Shown in pieces: positions 1 through 13,842 of a stretch of DNA of 64,000 bases. The DNA is taken from positions 78,120,001 to 78,184,000 of the forward strand of contig CM060731.1 of the NCBI GenBank assembly GCA_030704615.1, written 5' to 3'. How positions within the stretch are numbered: the stretch's first letter is position 1; each line of letters opens with the position of its first letter. The stretch is from Takakia lepidozioides (Eukaryota; Plantae; Bryophyta). A program made the translations under genes and the position numbers. The notes under the pieces are model-generated. The model searched no databases, was not told where the DNA came from, and was given only the letters and a program-made list of their open reading frames with translations.

Positions 1-1347
1 TGGATTTGAGAACGAAACTCTCTTGGAATTCCTGGTTTCCGGATTTGTCAATTAGGGCGCCAGGTTTTACTTTTTGCCCTTTTGCGTTTGGCAGACGAAG
101 CGAACGAAGAAGGCTGGAATGGTTGGAAAATACGGTACGGTCATGAATCTCTCTTCTTGCTTTTCTCTTGTACCCCACAGAAGGCGATCGATGGTTTGCT
201 TAGTAAATCCAGGGAAAAGAGGCTTCATAGGAAGGCTTTCTGTTATTACAATTCCGTTGGCGATGATTTGTTGGCCCGGGTGGGTGAATGTTTCTCAGGG
301 TAAAATGTTTTATATGCTGACTTCTCTGAGGGATGTAGAAGGATGCTTTATCGGAGTTTGTCACAGGAAACTGAGGACAAGGCTGCCATGTTGGGATGAT
401 TTGTTTGGGGAGCAGGCACAAAATACGGTGCCGAAATAAGGTAGCAGATCAAGAAGATGAAAGTTAAGCCAACTCTCTAAGTACTTCTGCGAATTTTGCA
501 GGAAGGTATGCTAGATTTCTACCACCTAACCTTCCTGCCAGTCTTGTCTCCATATCTTTATCTCTGGCACTACATCTGTAATTCCTGAGGGGTTGACCCA
601 CTCTATGGGTAGTGAGGGTTCTTACAGGATTAAAGCAGGTAGTACAATCATAGAATGTAGCTCTGCCCAGTGTTTGAAGATTAAGAGTTTCAAGTTCTCT
701 GAGAGGAGCTAGATATAGTTTGGTTTCTGCAGTCTAATGCAAGGTGATAGTGCTTGATTTGGCCCCACAATCGTGTACTGTGAGCGCAGCTTACTCTCAA
801 GAAGCGTGCTTGATGGTGAAGTCGAGAATCCTTCTTGGACATATGCTGTGTGAGAACCTAACCTGACTAAGCCAGCTAATCATGCACGGTATGGATAGCT
901 CCCAGCAACCTTTTGCTAATCCTGTGATTGAGGGCTCAGGGCACTGAGTTGAGCACAAGGGTTTCATTATCTAGTCAAAAATGGGCGTGGCCTGAAGGGT
1001 GTGTTCCATCTGTGCCTTGTCTGCAGTTAGCTGTAAATAGAAAGGGAGTTGTTACAAAGACTCTGACAAGTTGAAAGCAGGTGGGGCCAACCTCTGAAGT
1101 ACGTAGAAATGTTTCAGCTTACTTTGTGGTACTCCCTTTTTTCCCATGGGAGTTAATTTAGAGTTCAACCTTTTCGCTGTCCCAATGTGCTATGGATGTT
1201 TCTGGGCAGCTTTACACTGAACAATATTGAGATGAGATATGTGAATACAATTGAGTTATACAACTGGTATGGGTCTGATATTTCATATCATTTTTGGTTG
1301 GGATGTTCCTCTTTCTTTGTGTGTTCAGCACTGCAAGTGCACCCACA

Positions 1348-4300
1348 ATGTGCAGTACAATACGGCAAATGAGAAGGGTTTTGCAGCAACAGGGAGCGCA
1401 GTTGCAGACATTGCATTCGCCTCCTTCCACACGCCTGGGCTCTTTCCCGGTTGACCTAATCACCTCAGATGTGAGGTTGAGGCAACCAATATCATTGTCG
1501 TCAGCACCCGAGGACTGGCTGTTTTTGCAAGACCGGCAGCCATGCTTGCTATATTCTTTTGGATTGGCACCATCAAAAGCATGGAATTACGCTGCAGTGA
1601 GGGGTTATTACATGCGGAACATCTCACAGCTCATTGCACCTGCAAATGGCAAAAGGGCCTTCCTTGTGGATACCCTAGCTCTGGTACTTTTTCGTCCTTA
1701 CTGTTCCTGCCTTATTGCACAAAACTGTGGTTTCTAGAGGGTGGAGAAGCTTAGCATGAGTTGAAGGTGGACATGCGGGGGACTGACCAGAACCTTCTAT
1801 TGACAGGTTCGACGGCTAGAAGCTCAGGGCTTGACACCGAAGCAGGCAGAAGCCATCACTGCAGTCATAACTGAGGTTCTTAATGATAGTCTGGAGAATG
1901 TGGCTCAGTCTTTTACTTCCAAGACAGAGATGCAGAGGGTATGTTGCTTATCCTTGAGTACATAATTTTTGTTGAGAGTGTGTGTGGGTTATTTGAGATT
2001 GTCTCACAATAGCTGAAATAGCAGAAATGTCAATCCTACTCTCAAGGAGGTGGTGACTGGTGTTTCTGGTGCGGTCTTGAATTTCAGGTCAAAATTGATT
2101 TATGATGTTCGCATTATATTGAATGGAGGTTTTTGATGTGACTGGCCGGAGTTTTTTTGCCTGCAGATCAATTTAGAATGCAACCCCATCGTCTTTTTTG
2201 CTGGACTTGGGCCTAGATATCTAGGATGGTGATGTGGGAGAAGAAGCATAAGTTGGCATGGCACGCAAGAAGTTTCACTCGAAAACTGTTTTACGAAAGA
2301 TGACCTTCTTTGGGACAAACTAAAATCAATTGTGTGCTACTCATTAAAAACTGTATTTCGTGGACTGCTTATCTTTCCAAATTGCCTAACGTATTTGTTT
2401 ATTTGGGCCACGCTTCATCCTTCAGCTGGGGATCTTATGCTTGCTCCACTGTTTGCTTGAATCAGAGCGAGATGATGGCAGAAGCTGCTCTCTCCAAGTT
2501 CAAAGGGGAAATGCAAAGCTCCCAGGTAGCCCCCGTTGTGTCCATGGTTCCACTGGCAATTTGATTTTGTAGCTGTACTTTCATGGGTCTTCATGACTGG
2601 TGGTGGATAACATTTTATATTCTGTTTTTTCTGGTCTCAGTATTTTATATTTTCCTTGCTTTCTCTATTTGGTGATTCTCTCATTCCATTGGTGGTTGTG
2701 GGGAGCGCCTATGGTTGCAACAAGGCACTAAACATGTGCTCACTACAAGCTTAGTTGTCCATGTTTAGTCAGTTCTGGACTAGTGACTTTGCACATTGGA
2801 TGCAACCTCAAAGACATCAAGAATGCTCATTAAACTGAGGTGGTGTTGTGGGCTTGTCATGCAGGAGCATCATTTTGCCACCTTGCAGCGGGAGACAGAG
2901 AGGCTTCGAACTGATATTGACAAGATGCGGAGTGAACTTAGGTGTGGTTAGCTAGGTAACCTGATAGAGGAGGCTTGCCTGAGGGGTGGTTTGTCAGAAT
3001 TCTTTCACTGCCCTTGATTTTCGATGTAAGTGTTGGTAGCAGCAGAGCTGATTGCCTGGTTATTGATGGCCTTTCGCCTTGGTGCAGGTATGAGATTGAC
3101 AAAGTAACGGCAGGGCAACGGTTAGACTTGAATTTGGAAAGAGGGTAGGTGTCTAACTCTGATGACTGCTGCTGTCTTGTCTGCAAATTTGACTGTGATT
3201 GTTTGAATTGCCTCTGTATGGGCTGGCTTGATGACTTCAAGGGAGTATATTCCACTGGTGCACCTGTAGAAAACGAGAGAGATTACTTCTGCTGTTGTGA
3301 AGCAGGCATGATTAAAGAGCCGCCTTCTCCTAGTCCTTCTCAACTGAGGTGGGCCCTATCTGCGGGTGCACCTGCAATAGCATGAGGATCACCGTGCATG
3401 TTGCCAGATAACCTGATTGTTGTATAGTTCATCTAGCTCACCCCTGTTCTGTCAGCTGCAGGGTCACTGAAACTATGTGAGATCTCTCTGAGTTGAGCTG
3501 GCGATGCACAGTAGTGCTCAAAGTTGGCGTTGGTAGTTTTGCCTAGCTATTACCTGGAGTGGTTCCGTACCACTTTTCATTGCTTAACCATTTGAGAGCA
3601 ATGCTTTTCCAATGCAGGCGCATCAGGGAGGAGTTAGCAACTCAGAGTACAGAGACATCAAATTTAACCAACAAGCTGGATAGGGTAAATTTATATTCTG
3701 TGGATATATGGTATTTTCTTCTTGACAGACCTTCAACCTAGGGAAGTTACATGCTGAGGGGTCTGGTTTGCCGACCCAATAGGAAGCCTAATTTGTACTC
3801 TTCATGTCAGCCTATGTGGCTTCAGTGGAGTGTGCATGTGATCCACAGATTTGAAAAATCAGAGAGATGGGAAGGGAGTTGTCAGTTTCCTCTTGCTGGT
3901 ACAGTATGCCTTTTTAAAGCATTTGTAGATGCTAGTATTTCTAAGGATGCAATTTAACTTTCTTCTACCAGTATGTCATGCACACTTGTTGTGCTGGACT
4001 TATGATGTCCTTCCTTGGGGTTGGATGAGCAGGAGATTCACACGTTGAAAACACAACTTGAGGCTGCCAAGTATGATGTGATCAAGTACTGCATTGGTAA
4101 GACTTCTCACTTAAGTTGTACTAAGGGTTACTTCAGCAATTCCTTCATTTCTGAACAAGATAATATCGGCCTAATAGAACATGGGTTAGGAGACATAGTC
4201 TCAATTTCGGGAGGTATAGCCCTTTTCGGATGAGTTTGATCAGGTCAATCAGTGACAAGTGATCTGTTTATTTACTTTTGTGTGCTCAACAAATGGGAGG

Positions 4301-4615
4301 GGTTGTATGTGATTGTTATGGATCACCTGCCTCTCATCTGGAGAGAAACACTTTCTGTAGGATAGTAATCAATAAGCGTCTATACTGATTTTTGTGGGAG
4401 AGCAGTTTTGCAATCATGGTGTGCTCTTCCTTTCTCTACTCGTCTTCAAAGAGTCTAGGAGGAAGGCATTGCCTCCATTGCGGAATCCCTGCATCTCACA
4501 TGAATGTATGGAAAGATGTGTTAACTTTTTGTTTTGTATATGGAATGGCTGGAATGCAGGTACCATTGTTTCTGTTACGGCCGTTGGCCTTGGTCTGCTT
4601 CGCATTCTCATGTGA
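1348..4615 (+). CDS. DUF1640 / FMP32 / CCDC90-like mitochondrial coiled-coil protein; exons 1348-1683, 1807-1938, 2466-2525, 2865-2941, 3088-3144, 3618-3684, 4033-4096, 4560-4615
   Basis: The GT-AG spliced product reads ...NGKRAFLVDTLAL|VRRLEAQGLTPKQAEAIT...RYEIDKVTAGQRLDLNLERG...KYDVIKYCIG|TIVSVTAVGLGLLRILM*, matching plant FMP32/DUF1640 proteins. Exon phases are consistent. The start codon is uncertain (1348 or 1369). Confidence 0.9.
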
Positions 4616-5804
4616 GTCGAACACAGAAGTACAATTACAGATTGTCAGACTCCATGTGTTATTTTGGTTGGATAAACCCGTAGAGGTAATTTCTAGAGAT
4701 TCTGACAACCTTCCCAGTGTTTCAGTTCACGTCTACCCAATCCTTTCGGTAGAGACTCAAATGGGTCAGGGTTGAGTACCTGCCTCCTGAAGCAGGCACA
4801 TTCATGTGATTTTTTCATGCAAACAGATATTTTCTGCTGTTCAGCTCAGCCATTCTTTTGGTGGCGGTGACCCAATTTATCATTAAAGTGAATGATTTTG
4901 TGATCTTATCTCGTGGATCACTGTGAAAGCAGTTGCATTGAATGAGTGGTACCAGGGAAAAACAGGGTGAGATTTGAAATATCAAGGTTTTTACTAAGAT
5001 CTTTCAGAGGCCCTTTGATATTCTGATGGTTTCTGCAATTCTCAAGGTGGCCAGGTGGATGATATTGTAACATTACTGTAATTTCTGAAAAGGTCCTCCT
5101 GTTCATGAATTCAAACTCATGAATGTGACAGCCACAATCTCAGCCAGACCCAGTTCAATTGTATTTTGGACATGGGCATCGCAGCTTTGGGAGACTGGCA
5201 TATCAATCAATACATGTGCTTCAGGGATTGAATTTTGAACCTGGCTGGAGATGAAATCTCTGTCTTCAATAGGTTTGGAGCACCTTCAATTTGATGCAGG
5301 TGCCACTCCCAGCGGGAAGTAATTTGTGAGCATTGTCTAGGAAATTGCGAAAAGAACTTGCCTGATCTTTCTTCTCATGCAAGCTTCTCCTGACCTTTTG
5401 CAACCGGATTTGAGCAACAAGCAAAATATCTGCACTGGAGTCAAGCCTCATCCGATCCTACTTATGGACAGTCTTTCTTCTGTCATACAATTGTTGGTGA
5501 AACAGTGATTCTCCCCCTCTCTCTCTGCTTCAAAGTGATAGCCAATACCTACTCTTCTGTGTCCCATGCCACCTACATTGTACTTGCCATCAACAAGTCA
5601 CAGGGTTTCAGCAAGTGAAGCTTTCCTTGCCTCTTGCCACAGACATGAGAAGCAGACCAGAATGGTTGCAAGCCCAGGGTGTGATGTGCGAGAAGGTGGG
5701 GTTCTACACTCTTAAGTTACACTCCGTTTTTCATCCTCGAATGCGCTTTCCGTCCACATTCCACACAAGCCCACGAAGGCAGAGCAGAGCCGCGGCATTT
5801 GGCT

Positions 5805-7896
5805 ATGGCGGCCGTCTCCTCCGCTGCCTGCTGCTTGGGGGAGCTTCCCTCCACGCGCCTTGCACTTCCCTGCGTGTTGCTGCGGACTTGCAAGTTTCTC
5901 CCCCTCTCCTGTGCACCCTTTTCGTCGCCCCCTATCGCTCGACGAAGCAGTTGCGGTGCGAAAGAAAGAAGTAGAGGAGTGTCCGCTTTCAATCCACAAG
6001 GCACTGCTGAGTTTCCTTTGGAAGATGAAGAAGGTGGGCGTTCCTAATATAATTCTGGAGGTAATGTGGGTTTTTGCATATATTGAATCAACAACTTCCC
6101 ATACTTCGCCCATGACGAGTCCGTTGGAGCCGGAGCTTGAGCTGCTCTTTCTCTACGAGAAATTCCTTTGAAATGCTTTTTGGGGATGACCTCTGCTTCA
6201 TGGCATCCTCAAGCCACTGGTGAATTCACGTATGAAGCTTACTACGTTTAGTGAGTATCTCCAGTTCGAAGTTGTAGTCAGGATATGCAGGTATGGTATT
6301 GTGGGTTGTCTACTCACCTGAATGTTGCCTATGGATTGAGTGCGTGTCCTTGTCGGATGTCCTCGCTTAGACATAACACTTATCACGGACGGCACAGAGC
6401 AATTTTGGGAACTTGATTTGGTTTGGGAAGTTGGCATGAGGCCTGGAAGAAGAATGTGATGTGAAGCTCCAGGGGTGCAGAATTAGGAAGGTGGAGATGA
6501 TTCTTCAGTACTTCTTTTTTTCTGTTAGCGCTACTGTGGAATAGCTCAGGACTCTTTGGGCGTGCGGAAGGTGATGATAGAAACGAGACTCTCTGTGGGG
6601 ATTGAGGATCGGCATGGGCTTGTGGTGGTCTGTAAACGCATGTACAACGAAAGTCTAAGATTATCTTTGTGGATAATACTCATAATGTCAGCAATGTAGA
6701 TCATCCGATGCCTACAAATCAGAGGAAGAAAGGGTGTCTGTCTGTTGTGTGCAAGATTGAGTGAGGTCTAGCTAAGAATCTCACCCAGAAATCTTAAAGA
6801 GCGAATCAGTAAGGACTTATGATTTAAGGACTAATGATTTCCATTCTCGAAGAGTGTATTCATGGGATGAGGTTTCGGATTTGCAGTGAGTGCAGATGTG
6901 GTCCCAGCCCCATCTCCAACAGCAGGACGGATAGACATTGTGGTAACTAAAGATGTCATCAGTCGCCTGGATCTCTCCCCCGCCCATGCAGTTCTCAGGA
7001 AATACGTACATCAAATAGGTACCAGACTAGATATACCTCCGATTTGTCAAAGAATGATATCATAGTGCCCTGATCATGTACAATTAGTAGTACTTATAGG
7101 ACAAAGATGCTCGGTGTGACATTAGGATGTATACTCAAGCACCACATTCCTTGACAAATATGATCTATATACACGAGGGAAGGTACCAAGTAATGTGAGT
7201 GCCTTTACACATACCAGAGGAACTGATGATGAGACTACCGCGGTAAGTAAATGTGACGTACTCTTGCACATGTACCTGTACTAACATACATACAGAGATT
7301 AAGTGAACATGGTGTGAATCTCTCATTGCAGGTCCCCTTTTAATTTGCAGGTGACAACACCACTGCACCAGCTGAACACCCTGCCGAGCTTCTTAAGCAA
7401 ACTGTGGGTTTTGTGCTTGAATATGAGAGGGATGATCTATTGGACCCCCGAGAGCTTTCAGAGATGCCTGACATCAGGCTATGGTTTGTTCGCCTTGATG
7501 CTGCCTATCCATGGCTGCCAGTTGTCCTAGACTGGCGGGCAGGCGAGCTCTCACGATATGCAGCAATGCTTGTTCCACATCAGGTGGGTAAATCGAGTCT
7601 ACCCTCCTTTGTCTAGCTAAGGGGTCTGTCTGTGAGGAGAAAGTGGGGGGAACATAACGTAGATTGTATACTAAAACTATTTTCTTGCATGACAGATGAG
7701 TAGGCGATTGGGGCTTGTTTATAACCCAGAGGCGCTGGAGTTATTTTCCATGAACAAATTATTTACAGTATATGCCTGGCTGAAGGCTCGTAATGTCTCC
7801 AAACCAGCAGTGAAAGTGAATGATATGTTGCGGATGCTGGGGTATACAATAGATGAGCAGCTCTATACTCTCATAGAAAACTCACCTCATCCTTAG
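5805..7896 (+). CDS. CRR6: Chlororespiratory reduction 6 (plastid NDH assembly factor); exons 5805-6033, 6887-7018, 7351-7583, 7696-7896
   Basis: Ser/Ala/Arg-rich transit-peptide-like N-terminus, then AFNPQG, RLDLSP, DPRELSEMPDIRLWFVRLDAAYPWLPVVLDWRAGELSRYAAMLVPHQ|MSRRLGLVYNPEALELF, which are CRR6 signatures. Splice sites are canonical. Confidence 0.93.
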
Positions 7897-9235
7897 CCCG
7901 AGTGAATAGTTCTTTATGTCATCCCAGGATCGTACCAAGCTCCTATCCATACTCAAAATGAGAGATTTGCTCATCTCCTGAGTGTGTGGTGCACAGACCT
8001 GTTCATACCCAGGATAGTGCTAATCGAAGGTAGTGTAACTCAGCAACTTCTGGCCTGGTAGCAAACGTAAAAGTAAATTATTAATAGAGGCTCTCACTAG
8101 GAAAAACTGTACACAGCAGGGGTCCTGCTTTTTGAGCTAACTAGGAAGATAGTCATTTGTGAGTGAGCATGATGAGAAACATGATGCATTCTTTCTGCAA
8201 GGCAGCAGAAGTTTATATTTGCTCATTTAGTTCAACCTTCACTTCAAATGCCCTCCACTTAATGTCGATGTGCTGGTGCTACGGTGGATGTGCTATTGGT
8301 GGAGTGTGACATTGGTATTTCTCTCAACGGTCGTCCTACCAGTTAATTCGACCTTTGTGTCAGAGATCAGCTTGACTAAAGCTTTGCCTTGCACACATAT
8401 TCCATTTTCTGCAAGACCTATTCACATAATTGCCCATCTGAGAAACTTGAGCGACTATGTTTGCAAGGTACTCTTTGTTCACATGTATGGATGAATCAGA
8501 GTTCCAAACCAGTAAACATGCTTCAACAATGCACTACTTCACCACAGCTTAAAGAGCTGAAGCACTCGTGACAAAAAGATGAAAAATGCAATGACCGTTG
8601 ATGATCTTGTGCTGTTGATTTTATGCACTAGTGCACAAATCAGAATTGGACAGAGATCAGATGGTGCCAATGCCAAGGCCCCATGACTGATGAACAAGCA
8701 CACAGCAGCCCCAAAATCCAGCTTCTAGCTAGAAGATACGTCACAAGTTAACTAGTAATTGACACTGCCTCCTCCTATAGTCCTCTTGGGACTCTGGTGC
8801 ACAGTCAATTCATGACAATCCTAAAATCTATTGTAGGACCAGCATCATTAGAGTCCAGGACCGCCTGCAATTTAGCTTATCTCCACGCAAATCAACAGAA
8901 ATAGAGTGTGTGGTGGGAAACAACGTGTATATTCTTGTACAATCAGCCAATCAATCAATCGATCAGTGGCTGCCCACAAAGTGTTGCAATGGATCACCAC
9001 ATGGAACTGAAAGGCCATGGAATAGTTGAGCCGTGCATGGAGATCTCTACTAAGAGGCTGCAATAACAAAAGCCACAAACTAAATCTGAGCAGCACCTTC
9101 AGTAGGGGTGTATCAGGGTTTGTCATTTTCTTCTGGTAGTGGAAGGATTTCTATGTGTACAGGAAAGTAGAGGTTTCACTGCTAGGTCAAGCGATTGCGG
9201 ATGTTCCTCTATTTGTTCGATGGTGTATTCCTTAC

Positions 9236-12200
9236 CTAAACTTGCTCTGTGCTCTTCGAATCCCCGTTGCGGGCAGTCCATGCAAAATCGACGTCGCCTT
9301 CCTTGTCGTCAATGGTTCGCTTTGGACCATGGAAGTTGTGTCTGGCAGTGGTGAACCAGTAGATGAGTCCAACTACGATACAAGCCACTAGACTAATAAG
9401 AGCATAATTGAAGGTGGAGGCAGTGACTGGGTAAGATGGAGGGAAACAGAAGAGGATAGACATTGCTGCACCCCAGAAAGCTCCCCAACTGCCTATCCAG
9501 ATGCCATAGCGACCAAGAGAGAAAGGTCCTGGCTCAAATCTGTTGTTGAAGAGGTGGCGGCAGAGAAGCACAACTGTGTAGGGCCCGTAGGCTGTGATGG
9601 TGGACATGGCTGTAATGGCCGTGAATGCAACGCTGCTGCCAAGCGATGGCAGTGTGCAGATGAAAGAGCCGATGACGGTGACGATGGTGGCATTGACGGG
9701 GATACGCTCTTTGGCAGTGAGCTTGACTAACCAGCCGTGGGCAGGCAACGCCAAATCTCTGGCCATGGCATATGCCTGCAGGAACCCAAGTGCACAAAAT
9801 GTCTATCAGACAAGCCCATTACAACACACAGACACTTCTGAGAGAGGAAGTGTAACATCACAGAGAAAGCTCATTTGGCAAAACGACAGGAATAGAAGGA
9901 AGAACTTGGAATTGCAACGAATTTCAGTGCACTATCTGGATTCTTTTCTTCCCATAGAAAGAGAAAGGAAATGAAACGGTACTTCACAACGTCCGCAGGA
10001 TATAAAGCGAGAATGGAGTGGAACTTTATAACGTCCGCAGAAAGCTCAAAGAGCTTATGGGACAAAAGGAAAGCAAGAAACAGGAAAGAGTAAAAGACAA
10101 AGAGCGACCCAGAAGCAGCCCAAAATCAACTAGAGAGAAAAGAATGAAACTCTATGATCTGGAGAGAGTAACTATACCATGCGGGCAGTAAGCGTGACGT
10201 TGGTGATATTTCCGAAGAATAGAGACATGGAAGACAAGGTGGTGAAGGCGATGGCGCCCCCAGTGCCATGGCCATATTTGGCGAAGAATGCATCATAGAA
10301 GATCTGGCTGCCTGCTGATGCACCTCCTCCCCCTGCCCCACACCCAAGCCATGAATGAGACCCAATTCTACATTTGCGTAGGCATGATTTAGTTCAGAAT
10401 AATGTATCCGGCAGACATCACCCAAGAAGGATACAGGAAAAGTATCGGGAAGGAGAGAGTGTTGGAGATGTGTTAGTAACCGTACCTGTAGCAGTATCAG
10501 AGCTCAAAACGTTGTCAGGGTGCTGGATGCAGAATGTCATGACAAGGAGGAGAAGGAACTCGGTGGAAGCAGTCACATACACACTGTTGATCATGGCGCG
10601 GGGCCCTGCTATGGCTGCACTGGTCACCTCTTCAACAACATGGGAGCCGACTTCAAAGCCCGTGAGAATGGACTGCGCATAAGGGAGCCCCAAGAGAACC
10701 ACCAGTACTCCACTGCTGATGCCTTCGCCAGGCGCTTTGACAAAAGATGTGAAGACAAATTTCGCACTTTGGTAATGTGGAACGATACTGAGGAGAGTGA
10801 CGCAAATCACAACTATCGAAAATATTTGGAACCAGGCCCCAATGGCACTTAGAATACCCAGCCACCTTGTGTTGACGATGGAGATGAAAAAATGCAAGAC
10901 AAAGAGGCCCCCAGTCACCCCGCAAATCTGCCCCAGCCCACCAAAGCTAGTGTCAGAAGGCTACGGTGTACATGTCAACAAGGCATCGTCAAGAACCACC
11001 GAAAAATATCTGTGCAAAGTTGACTGCAGCTCTCTTTGGCTTCGAGACATGTGACCCGTCAATCGAGTAAAAACACAGCGGTCTTTGGACATTCGAGTTT
11101 TGCAGAGACGAAATGCAGTTTCCTGACATTCCACTATGAGCAGAGCCGGTTTCGAGAACATTGCAAGATCTAAATTGTAAATCATAATCTTTCTCTTCAG
11201 GAAGTGCTGAAAACTAACAAAGGCACCCGTCCGGGCCATCTGATTCCTATCTGCTTCCACATGTGGCATGCTGAGCCTGTTTAATCTGGCTGCATTATCT
11301 TGGCGCTAAGGATAAGATCTGGAGAACTCGGCGCTTATCTACTGCTGAACTGTCTAATGTGTAAATTTGTGCTTCAAGACAATGGCCCAGTACTGATGGT
11401 TGCTCTTCATAGCATCTGATCACAATCCAAGCCCTGAGAGATGTCGTTTTTCATATACACATGTCTCCGGTGTTGGCCCCAAAATTATAATAAAATGAAT
11501 CAAGACAGCAGTTGACCTTTCAATTGGTGTTCAAACAGATTTGAAAAGAAAGTGGGGGCAGAGGGTACAAACAGTAGTACCTGCGCTGCCGAGAGGTTGT
11601 ACCCGTTGCCCTGCGCACCACCGGTGCCCAGGAGGACGATGGTGCCTATGAACTGCGCTAACAGATACTCGTTAAGCGCGGTCCCACAGAAAGAGCCGAC
11701 AAGATAAATCCACCCTACGAACCATGAAAGCCAGGGCGCGTGTTTCTTGGGTACTAGCTGGGCTATCCAGTAGTACACACTCCCGAGGGTGGGAAATGCT
11801 GAGATCACCTGATAACAACATCACGTCAAATTTGGATTCAAGATAATTCGACTAAGATTTGATCGTGTATAAGGAAGCAAATCCAAGTTGCTAGGAATTG
11901 CGGCACTCGTGGTTGCTTTGAGAGAATTCAAGATTCAAGAACGAGCGTAAATCTCCGAATTATTTGGAAGGACTTCAGCAGAAGGACTCTGCAAGCATCC
12001 AACCTCCTGGTCCGTAAGCTTGTGCGCGCATCGCCAACACACTAATTCACAAGATTCCTGGAGTCTAAACTCGAAAACATCTTCACAATATATTGAATTT
12101 CTCATCTGCTTCTAGTGAAAGTTCTTCCTGAAGCAAGATACCGTGCATTAGGCTTACCTCAGACATACCATACGCCATACACAACGTGCCAACAGTGGTG

Positions 12201-12439
12201 GCGATATAGCCCCACATGATGGTAACCGGTCCCCCGTAAGAGTACATGAATCCATAGTACCCCGTGATGAAGCCCAGGGGTGCAGTGTAGGAGAAGGTGT
12301 AAGCCCATTGTTGAAATGGGCTCATCACACGCTTGTACTCCTGCCTGTACCCCAGCTCATTCAGCCTCTTCTCGTCCTCGTCTCGGTTACCCATCGGCCC
12401 CCCTCCATTCTCTGGATGCACATTGCCTTCAGTGCCCAT
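9236..12439 (-). CDS. APC-superfamily amino acid/GABA permease (BAT1-like); exons 12439-12158, 11808-11581, 10927-10486, 10332-10178, 9775-9236
   Basis: RLNELGYRQEYKR, GGPVTIMWG, SAFPTLGSVYYW, QIFYDAF, RMAYAMARDLALP, FEPGPFSLGRYG and WFTTARHNFHGPKRT motifs, many TM segments, and in-phase GT-AG introns. Confidence 0.9.
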
Positions 12440-13842
12440 TTCAACCTCGCAGAGGCAGATTAAGGATACTCGCTTCCTCCCACTGGACGGTCACCGGAGA
12501 GAGAAATGAAATGAACTTTATAACGTGAGAGAGAGAGAATTAAATTGAGAGAGAACGAGGAGATGAAAGAGCAAACTGCCAGAGACCCAACTACTTTAGA
12601 GACTGGACGCCCCACTGACTAGATACTAGCAAGGCCACACCTTCTCACACTGTATAGATCGCTGCATTGAGCCTGCACATACAGAAAGCTCGATTAAAGC
12701 TCCACACCGACTGTGTGAAGTAGAGCATGAAAAGCGGGCAAAGGAGATTCGAGATCTATAGACACGCTCGCAGCTCCCTCAAAAGAGTCTCACAAGTGAA
12801 GTGCTCAGCATTCCACATCCTTTATGGCCTTCCGAACAGCCACTCTACCGCACGCGGAGCCATCGCCATCGCTGCACTGCCCCACCTCTGCACTGTGCAC
12901 CCTCTCTCTTCTTCCTCTCGCCGCTGCTCTGCCCAAGGCTCGGGGATGGGGATGCCCTGCTGCTAAACCAGCAACGCTACGCATATCCTGCATAAAGGTA
13001 ATTCCCTCTTCATAAAGCATAATATTCCCAGTACTGCTATTTACTAAAACTTTTTATTTAGTTTTTTCTGTTTTCCCTTTGTCTGCCGATGACTACTGGA
13101 CCGGTAGAATCAAGCCAACGAAAAATATTCCAATATCTATTAATTGTATTATTCTGTTGTTCGAACTTTTTGCCTTTATGGGGGAAGCACCTGCTCGCTT
13201 ATACCTGGCCCGCGCGGCTGCGCGGGTCCAGCACGTGCACGGACCCGTGCTCGTTCTGACAGGAAAGAAACCGCGAGTTGTCACGGACGGGGTCCGGAGT
13301 CCGGACCCGTGCCGGGTTGAGCACGGGCCGCGCGCCCGTGGTGTGAGTGCGTGAAGACGCCGTGCTGCGACATACCGCACGCGTGCAAAGAGTCAGCCGC
13401 TGCCCGACGCCGCGTGTTCGCTGCGTGCCTGCGCATGGTCGGATCAGCCGCCACGCAGCGGACGTGTGCTCGGCCCGCACGGTTGCGGTAAGTCAACGTC
13501 TGGGCATGGCTGCGCGCGTGTATATTCCTGGGCTGCAGTCAGTGTATGTAGTGTGGAGGCAGGGCAGAGCAGTGGAGTAGTGTCTCTCTTACAGAATTGC
13601 TCGGCGATGAATGAGGACTAAAGTCCGCTGAGCGTTGGAAGTGATTGTGAAGTTGCTATGTTTCTATAACGAGAGTTTTTCTTCTTCCGAGGTATGAAAT
13701 GTGAGTGACAATCAGGCATGAAGTGATCAATTCTCGTTTTCACAATGCTCAGGTTTGGAGTGGAACTGGGGTCAAGCGTCTGTTGGGTCTGTCGCCCAAA
13801 GATCTCATTGTGTTAGAGCTACAAATGGCCTTGGATTCTAGA

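Noticed and set aside
74-439. Short ORFs at the window start
   Set aside because: No recognisable motif. Probably 5' UTR or intron sequence of the DUF1640 gene.
13021-13528. hAT element defined by the (a/t)atattcc direct repeat
   Set aside because: The sequences inside the putative TSD are not inverted repeats.
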